This document shows, piece after piece, positions 58,685-64,000 of a stretch of DNA of 64,000 nt. A program made the translations under genes and the position numbers. Under the pieces are notes generated by a model. The model made no database searches, had not been told where the DNA came from, and saw only the letters and a program-made list of their open reading frames with translations. Where the stretch lies: positions 20,642-84,641 of the forward strand of contig CAJFOC010000009.1 in NCBI GenBank assembly GCA_904395815.1, given 5' to 3'. Each line of letters begins with the position of its first letter. Positions within the stretch are counted from its first letter, which is position 1. The DNA comes from an uncultured Holdemania sp. GTDB lineage: Bacteria; Bacillota_I; Bacilli_A; Erysipelotrichales; Erysipelotrichaceae.

Positions 58685-58751
58685 ATTATAAAGGCTGCCC
58701 TTTGAAAGTCAATGATTCAACCTTGACAGGCCGGCCCAAAGGGCGTATATT
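58685..58751. promoter_or_regulatory. Back-to-back sigma-A promoters (U32 operon on minus; folT on plus)
   Basis: Minus: TTGACT(58707-58712)-16-TATAAT(58685-58690). Plus: TTGACA(58723-58728)-17-TATATT(58746-58751). Confidence 0.75.
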
Positions 58752-58760
58752 CGCTGTGTA

Positions 58761-58854
58761 CAGAGTAGGTTCCTGCGCGTTAAGTGTTTTCTGAACGGGG
58801 AGTTGTCAGAAGAACGAAAAGAATTTCTTGCGGTGCAGGATCCGCATCCCGCTG
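58761..58854 (+). ncRNA. THF riboswitch
   Basis: AGAGTAG...GCGTTAAGTG...TGAACGGG...GTCA...AACGAA...GCGGT...GCATCCCGCTG matches the folT THF aptamer pattern. Confidence 0.92.
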
Positions 58855-58927
58855 ACCTGAAAATCGAGGGCTGTCCGTGCCTTCTCTTTTCTTATCCAAG
58901 TCAGAGGGAAAAGAGGAGGTTTTTCTT

Positions 58928-59533
58928 ATGACGCAATCCAAAACGCTCTTTTCTCATCCGTTTTCTGCCGCCTATTGGAAGCTGGCCTGGGCCCAGACCC
59001 GCAATCTGCGCATTCTGACGCTGGCTGCCCTGTGCATGGCGCTGAAAATGGCCGTCGCTTCTTTCCGCATCCCGGTCGGCGATCAGCTCTACATCTATTT
59101 TACCTACCTGATCACCGCCGTTCAGTGTGCGGTCTGCGGACCTGTCGTCGGCGTTCTGTGCGGCGGCATCGGTGATCTGATCGAATTTGCCATTGCCCCC
59201 AACGGGCCGTTTTTTCCCGGCTACACGCTGTCCAGCATGGCTGGCGCGCTGGTTTTCGGACTGTTTCTGTTTCATACCCGGATCACAGTCTGGCGCTTGA
59301 TTCTGTCCCGGCTAATCATCAATCTGGGAGTCAACGTTCTGATGGGCTCCTTGTGGAGCTATCTGCTTTACTCGCATGGCTATCTGTACTATTTCTTTCA
59401 GAGCCTGATCAAAAATACGCTGCTGCTGCCGCTGGAAGTGATTCTGCTGGTATTCTTTTTCCGAATGCTGAGTCCTTTCCTGCAAAGAAGAGGCTGGATC
59501 GTTCCCCAGCAGCCCCGACGCTCCAAAGCCTGA
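58928..59533 (+). CDS. folT: Folate ECF transporter S component
   Basis: FFPGYTLS and LIKNTLLLP motifs, six TMs, and an upstream THF riboswitch. Confidence 0.9.
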   Translation: MTQSKTLFSHPFSAAYWKLAWAQTRNLRILTLAALCMALKMAVASFRIPVGDQLYIYFTYLITAVQCAVCGPVVGVLCGGIGDLIEFAIAPNGPFFPGYTLSSMAGALVFGLFLFHTRITVWRLILSRLIINLGVNVLMGSLWSYLLYSHGYLYYFFQSLIKNTLLLPLEVILLVFFFRMLSPFLQRRGWIVPQQPRRSKA

Positions 59534-59541
59534 TATCCACT

Positions 59542-59587
59542 AAAAAAGAAGAGAACGGAACCCTGCGATGCCATTCTCTTCTTTTTT
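59542..59587. terminator. Bidirectional terminator
   Basis: AAAAAAGAAGAGAA/TTCTCTTCTTTTTT inverted repeat between convergent folT and the CapA-family gene. Confidence 0.8.
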
Positions 59588-59605
59588 CGTCACCAGAATT
59601 GTCTG

Positions 59606-60772
59606 CTACAATCCGCCCAGATCCACTTCTGCGCTGCCGGAGGTAACAATCTTGCCATATTCCGCATAGACACCCCAGATATCGTCCAGTTCGTTTTCCT
59701 GGATTTCATCAAAGAATTTCAGTTTGAAATTGCGATAGCCTGAATCGTAATGAGTAAACACCAGATCCGCCCGCACATCGCTCAGCGTCACCACGCTTTC
59801 CCCCTCCAGCGTCGTTTTGGTGATCGTCACTCCCGCCAACAGACCAACCCGCTTCTCAATGCCATCCTGCGCGGAAATCAGATTGCCCAGCGAATAGACG
59901 ACCAGCGTATCGTCGATCCAGTCGATCGGCTGAACGACATGGGGATGAGAGCCGATAATGATATCCACGCCCAGATCCGCCAATAACTGCGCCGTCTGGC
60001 GCTGCTGCTGAGTCGGCTCAAACGTATATTCTGTTCCCCAGTGCATCGCCACGATCAGCACGTCCACCTGTTCGCGCGCCCGGCTGATGTCTTCCCGCAG
60101 CATCTGTTCCGTGTAGACGTTGACCAGGTATTCCTTTCCCTGCGGAACAGGAATACCGTTAGTCCCGTACGTGTAGGACAATAGCGTATAGGTAATCCCG
60201 TTGACCTCGCCGATCTGCACTTCCTCTTTTTGCTGGGCGCTGCGGTAGGAACCGGCGGTCATCACCGGCTGCTGCTCCCAGTAATCCAGCGAAGCCAGCA
60301 CCGCCTCTTCCCCCCGATCCAGCGTATGATTGTTGGCCAGCGAAACGAGATTGAATCCCAGTCCCACCATCGCATCGCCGAATTCCTGCGGCGAATTGAA
60401 GCGCGGATAGGTGGACAACCCCAGCTCCGTTCCGCCCAGAATGGTCTCCTGGTTGTAATATTTCAGCTCATATTGCGGCGTTACCCGCTGCAGCGAACTC
60501 ATCATTTCGGTGAAATCATAATTTCCTTCCTCATCCCGGGCATCCGTATACACTGCCCCATGCAGAAGCGCGTCGCCGCCCATCAGCAGATTGGCCGTCT
60601 GAACCAGCGGTGTCGGCTGCGGCGTCGGCTGCGCGCTGGGAATAATCTGTACCTCACCATCCTGCGGCTTCTGCATATCGATCACAAACAGGACCGCCAG
60701 CAGCGTCGCCAGCAAAATCAGCAGCGCAACCACTGTCCTGATCAGATTCTTCATCAAATTTCTCTGATTCAT
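59606..60772 (-). CDS. CapA/PGA_cap family metallophosphoesterase-like membrane protein
   Basis: N-terminal TM; GDALLH, YPRFNSP, ANNHTLD, HWGTEY, GSHPHV and YSLGN motifs. Confidence 0.88.
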   Translation of the reverse strand: MNQRNLMKNLIRTVVALLILLATLLAVLFVIDMQKPQDGEVQIIPSAQPTPQPTPLVQTANLLMGGDALLHGAVYTDARDEEGNYDFTEMMSSLQRVTPQYELKYYNQETILGGTELGLSTYPRFNSPQEFGDAMVGLGFNLVSLANNHTLDRGEEAVLASLDYWEQQPVMTAGSYRSAQQKEEVQIGEVNGITYTLLSYTYGTNGIPVPQGKEYLVNVYTEQMLREDISRAREQVDVLIVAMHWGTEYTFEPTQQQRQTAQLLADLGVDIIIGSHPHVVQPIDWIDDTLVVYSLGNLISAQDGIEKRVGLLAGVTITKTTLEGESVVTLSDVRADLVFTHYDSGYRNFKLKFFDEIQENELDDIWGVYAEYGKIVTSGSAEVDLGGL

Positions 60773-60897
60773 GACCCTCTCTCCTCGGCCTTTATTATAA
60801 CAGTTTTTTTCCAGCCGCCGGTCACAGTTCACCAACAATTAAGTTTTTTGTAAGGTTTACGCTCACAAAAAGAACAATTTCTCACGATGGCGCTCCG

Positions 60898-61998
60898 TCA
60901 TCGCTTCAATACCACCGCATGAACCGGACAGACCTCCTGACAGCAATAACAGCGAATGCACTGACGGAGGTCAATCTGCGCACGGCTGTGCTGAAGAACG
61001 ATAGCCTGACGGGGACAGTCACGGACACACTCCCCGCAACCCACGCACCGTTCGCTGATCTGCGGCCATGGTCTGTGCCACCGCTGCCACAGCTGACGGA
61101 AAGAAGGAATCAGTTTCAAAACTCCGGCTGCGGATACCGGCAGGCGAAATCCCTGCAGTTCCAGCGCCTGCCATGACTCGCCAAGGCCCACCAGATGGCA
61201 CTGGCTCGCATCGATCAGTCCCAGACGGACTGCCTGCCGGTGTACCGGTGTGCGTTGCGGATCGATCTGCAGCAGCTTCAGCATTCCATAATCCAGCGCA
61301 AACGGATTGCGGCTGGCCAATAACCGCTTCCCGTCAAAGCGTTCGCCGCCGCTGGGGCCTTCTCCCTGCATTCCCTCCACCGCATCGATCAGACAGATCT
61401 GCGGTGCGATGTGAGCTGCCCATTGAGCCAGAAAGCGGCAGAACCGTTCCCGTTTCGGATACCGGGCATGCATCTGCGCCTTAAATAGACCCGGAATCAT
61501 ACCGAAGCAGTTTTTCACCGCTCCGGTATATACGGTATAGCTGTGGCTTTTCAGCTTGGCGCAATCCACGATCAGATCCGCCTGCTGCGCGCAAGCCATC
61601 ACCGGCACTGCAACCCCATCGATAAGCGGTCCGGCGACGCTTTGCGCCGATTCGTTCAGCACGACCTTTTCCTGACGTGCCAGCTGTCTCATGCCGGTAC
61701 ACTGAAACACCCGCTGAAGCGATGTGGGCGTCATCACCCCGGCCGGACTGTCGGCAATCATCACCTGACATCCCCGCTCTTTCAGATAGCGGACAACCGC
61801 CCGCACCACCTCCGGATGCGTCGTCGTCTGCTGGTCCGGCGTTTTGGCCGAAAGCAGATTGGGCTTGACCAGCACCCGCATTCCCGGCTTCAACAGCGAA
61901 TCGGCCCCGATCCGCTCTAGCAGCTGACAGACACAAAAAGAAACCTCCTGTGTGCTGTAACTGTTACAGCGGATCGCTGCCACGGTGTATTCTTTCAT
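60898..61998 (-). CDS. DUF362 protein with C-terminal 2x[4Fe-4S] ferredoxin
   Basis: VKPNLL, TTHPEV, KLKSH...GAVKN, CVGCGECVRDCP and CIRCYCCQEVCP motifs. Confidence 0.9.
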   Translation of the reverse strand: MKEYTVAAIRCNSYSTQEVSFCVCQLLERIGADSLLKPGMRVLVKPNLLSAKTPDQQTTTHPEVVRAVVRYLKERGCQVMIADSPAGVMTPTSLQRVFQCTGMRQLARQEKVVLNESAQSVAGPLIDGVAVPVMACAQQADLIVDCAKLKSHSYTVYTGAVKNCFGMIPGLFKAQMHARYPKRERFCRFLAQWAAHIAPQICLIDAVEGMQGEGPSGGERFDGKRLLASRNPFALDYGMLKLLQIDPQRTPVHRQAVRLGLIDASQCHLVGLGESWQALELQGFRLPVSAAGVLKLIPSFRQLWQRWHRPWPQISERCVGCGECVRDCPRQAIVLQHSRAQIDLRQCIRCYCCQEVCPVHAVVLKR

Positions 61999-62034
61999 AA
62001 CTTCTCTTTATCCTTTCCGCAAAGTGAACAACAA

Positions 62035-62087
62035 AGCGTGCTGCCCAAACCGGATCCGTTCCGTTTCCAGCAGCACGCTGTTTTTTT
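62035..62087. terminator. Probable terminator after the amidohydrolases
   Basis: AGCGTGCTGC/GCAGCACGCT stem. The clean U-tract is on the plus side; the minus-side tail is TTGTTGTT. Confidence 0.55.
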
Positions 62088-62120
62088 ATGACTCAGTCCT
62101 GTTCTGCTGGCAATCCCGGA

Positions 62121-63275
62121 TCAGCCTTCGTACACAACTTCGCCATTGACCATCGTCTTGCGAACCACCGCCGACGGATCCAGCGCCGGCATGCCGTCAA
62201 ACAGTGCGATATCCGCATCCTTGCCCGGCTCCAGCGAACCGATCCGATCGTCGCAGCCGATGATCTTCGCCGGATTGATCGTCAGCATCCGCAGCGCATC
62301 CTCATGCGAAGTTCCATACCGGACCGCTTCCCCGGCCTGTTCCACGATCAGCCATGGTTGATAGACCGGACCATCCGTCATGATCGCGCACAGCACTCCG
62401 CGCCGATTCAGCTGCGCCACGCTTTCGATATCGACCTTGACTGATTCGCCAAATCCCTTGGCCACCCCGATCGGGCCGAAAATCACCGGACAGCCGGCCT
62501 GTACGATCTCGTCCAGATAATCCGACGCTCCCCAGGCATGATCCAGCGTAAAATCAAAGCCGAACTGCCGGGCCAGTTCGATGACGGTGATCATGTCAAA
62601 CTGCGTACAGTGCATTTTGACCGGCATCTGATGACGGAGTACGCGGGCTCCGTTTTCCAGCCGGACATCCTTTTTCGGCATCTTCTTCGGATCTCCCTGC
62701 GCCTCTTCCTGTTGTTTCATATAATCCTGAACGTCGCAGAAATACTGCCGCAGCACCGCTGCCACGCCCATCCGCGTCATCGGCATCTGATTCCGCTTGC
62801 CGTAAACGCCCTTCGGATTGCCGCCCATCGCCGCCTTCAGCGCCACGTCGCGCTTGATGCACATCGATTCAATGGTACCCTGACCGGCGCTTTTGACTGC
62901 GCAGACAAGCCCACCGATCACGTTGCCGCTGCCCGGCGCAATCGCGCTGCAGGTAATTCCGGCCGCCAGCGCCTGATGAAAGGAAGGCGAATGCGGATCC
63001 AGGCCATCGATCACTTCGACTTCGGCGGTGATGTTATTGACCATTTCATTCACATCCTGAGTTCCGGCGGCAAGATCAAAACCGCCGATATGACTATGCG
63101 CATCGACAATTCCCGGAATGGCGATCAGTCCCTGCGCATCGATAACCTCCGCCTGCGCGTCCTGCAGATCGGCCTCGATTCGGACAATCTTGCCGTCTTC
63201 GATCAGAATGTTGCCCTTTAGCGTTCCCTGCGGCCCCATCGTGATGACCTGAGCGCCTGTAATCAGCTTTTTCAT
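62121..63275 (-). CDS. Metal-dependent amidohydrolase (intact metal ligands)
   Basis: PGIVDAHSH, ALK, KMHC, DHAW, TDGP and GSLEPGKDAD motifs. Confidence 0.88.
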   Translation of the reverse strand: MKKLITGAQVITMGPQGTLKGNILIEDGKIVRIEADLQDAQAEVIDAQGLIAIPGIVDAHSHIGGFDLAAGTQDVNEMVNNITAEVEVIDGLDPHSPSFHQALAAGITCSAIAPGSGNVIGGLVCAVKSAGQGTIESMCIKRDVALKAAMGGNPKGVYGKRNQMPMTRMGVAAVLRQYFCDVQDYMKQQEEAQGDPKKMPKKDVRLENGARVLRHQMPVKMHCTQFDMITVIELARQFGFDFTLDHAWGASDYLDEIVQAGCPVIFGPIGVAKGFGESVKVDIESVAQLNRRGVLCAIMTDGPVYQPWLIVEQAGEAVRYGTSHEDALRMLTINPAKIIGCDDRIGSLEPGKDADIALFDGMPALDPSAVVRKTMVNGEVVYEG

Positions 63276-64000
63276 CGCGCTTCTCCTCCTTTTACTCTTT
63301 CACCGGAGATGATGACGGCTTCCGGATGAGCGTCAAAAGTCATCAGCGGATGGTCGCTCCAGATGACCACATCCGCGTCCATTCCTTCCCGCAGCGCTCC
63401 GATCCGATCGGAAACCTGCAGCAGCCGGGCCGGAATGGATGTCATCATCTGCAGCACCTGTTCCGCATCGATGCCGGCCTTCAGCCGCCGGGCCTGCCGC
63501 AGCAGGCCATGCGCGTTCCACAGCAGAATTTCCCGGCCTGGCGAACTGTTGTCGCCAAAAGCGCTCAGTGCCACCGGCTGTCCCTGCCGGATTCTCTCAA
63601 ACAGCTGACCGTAATCCAGCTGAAGATTCCGCTCATTGAAACCATCAGTCAGATCGCCCAGGATCAGACCATGCTGCAAGCCGGACGGAAGCCCCTCCAG
63701 CTCATAACAATCCGCCACGATCAGCCGCACCGGATGTTCGCCCAGCGCCCGCTCGACGTTGCGCACATCCATCGCCTTGTCACAGCTCATCAATAACGGC
63801 AGCTCTCCTGCCAGAACCGGCTTCATCGCCAGCACTTTCGGATCTCTGGCCTCTTTTTCCTCTTTGGACTCACATTGCGCAACCATCTGACGCAAAGCGG
63901 AAAACAGGCCCATGCGGGTCATGGGCGCGACGTTGCGCGATCCATACGTTTTTTTGACCGCAGCCTTGGCCGATCCCCGCATCACCGCTTTTTCCGCGAC
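63272..64000 (-). CDS. Amidohydrolase paralogue, 5'-truncated by the window edge; metal ligands degenerate
   Basis: PMTRMG and PARLL...RIGALREGMDADVVIW motifs; the frame is open to the window end; ATGA-coupled to the downstream paralogue. Confidence 0.8.
   Translation of the reverse strand, partial: VAEKAVMRGSAKAAVKKTYGSRNVAPMTRMGLFSALRQMVAQCESKEEKEARDPKVLAMKPVLAGELPLLMSCDKAMDVRNVERALGEHPVRLIVADCYELEGLPSGLQHGLILGDLTDGFNERNLQLDYGQLFERIRQGQPVALSAFGDNSSPGREILLWNAHGLLRQARRLKAGIDAEQVLQMMTSIPARLLQVSDRIGALREGMDADVVIWSDHPLMTFDAHPEAVIISGERVKGGEAR

Noticed and set aside
59606-60772. Poly-gamma-glutamate capsule
   Set aside because: No capB/capC nearby; stand-alone CapA-domain genes are common.
1-64000. 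CRISPR arrays, tRNA/rRNA, IS elements, integrases, prophage
   Set aside because: No spaced direct repeats or such genes were seen by eye; very short remnants cannot be excluded without a scan.

Overview
A Bacillota (Firmicutes) chromosomal window with no rRNA, tRNA, CRISPR, IS or phage features that I can support. T-boxes, a THF riboswitch and gene style suggest a gut organism; an Erysipelotrichaceae such as Holdemania is my inference. Positions 1-32.4 kb are one minus-strand surface-polysaccharide locus. Its head (capD) and tail (fnlABC, a WaaL/Wzy-like gene, GT-C, wzx, several GTs, a GacI/GacJ-like pair) have host-like to intermediate GC. Between them lies a markedly AT-rich cassette of about 17.5 kb carrying ugd, an aminotransferase, the priming transferase, GTs, wzy, a bi-domain oxidoreductase, an acetyltransferase, wzx, a heparinase II/III-like gene, wecC, an SGNH hydrolase and wecB. 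Positions 32.8-64 kb are mostly housekeeping: a GH9 lipoprotein, pheST (Phe T-box), AIM24, a P-type ATPase (yybP-ykoY riboswitch), acyP, asnB (Asn T-box), a SleC-like cortex hydrolase, adhE (two Rex-like boxes), an esterase, two SPOUT methyltransferases, a PgdA-like deacetylase, an HPrK/PEPCK-like orphan, a U32 pair, folT (THF riboswitch), CapA, DUF362 and two amidohydrolases. The best leads are: (1) the uncharacterised oxidoreductase plus heparinase-like module, with a possible free-amino/uronic (zwitterionic) polymer; (2) a degenerate ABC/AAA_21-ATPase-like ORF; (3) an active/inactive amidohydrolase pair; (4) the HPrK/PEPCK-like orphan; (5) SleC with a sporulation-type -10 element. All family calls come from motif recognition, not database searches. 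GC statements are by-eye estimates.
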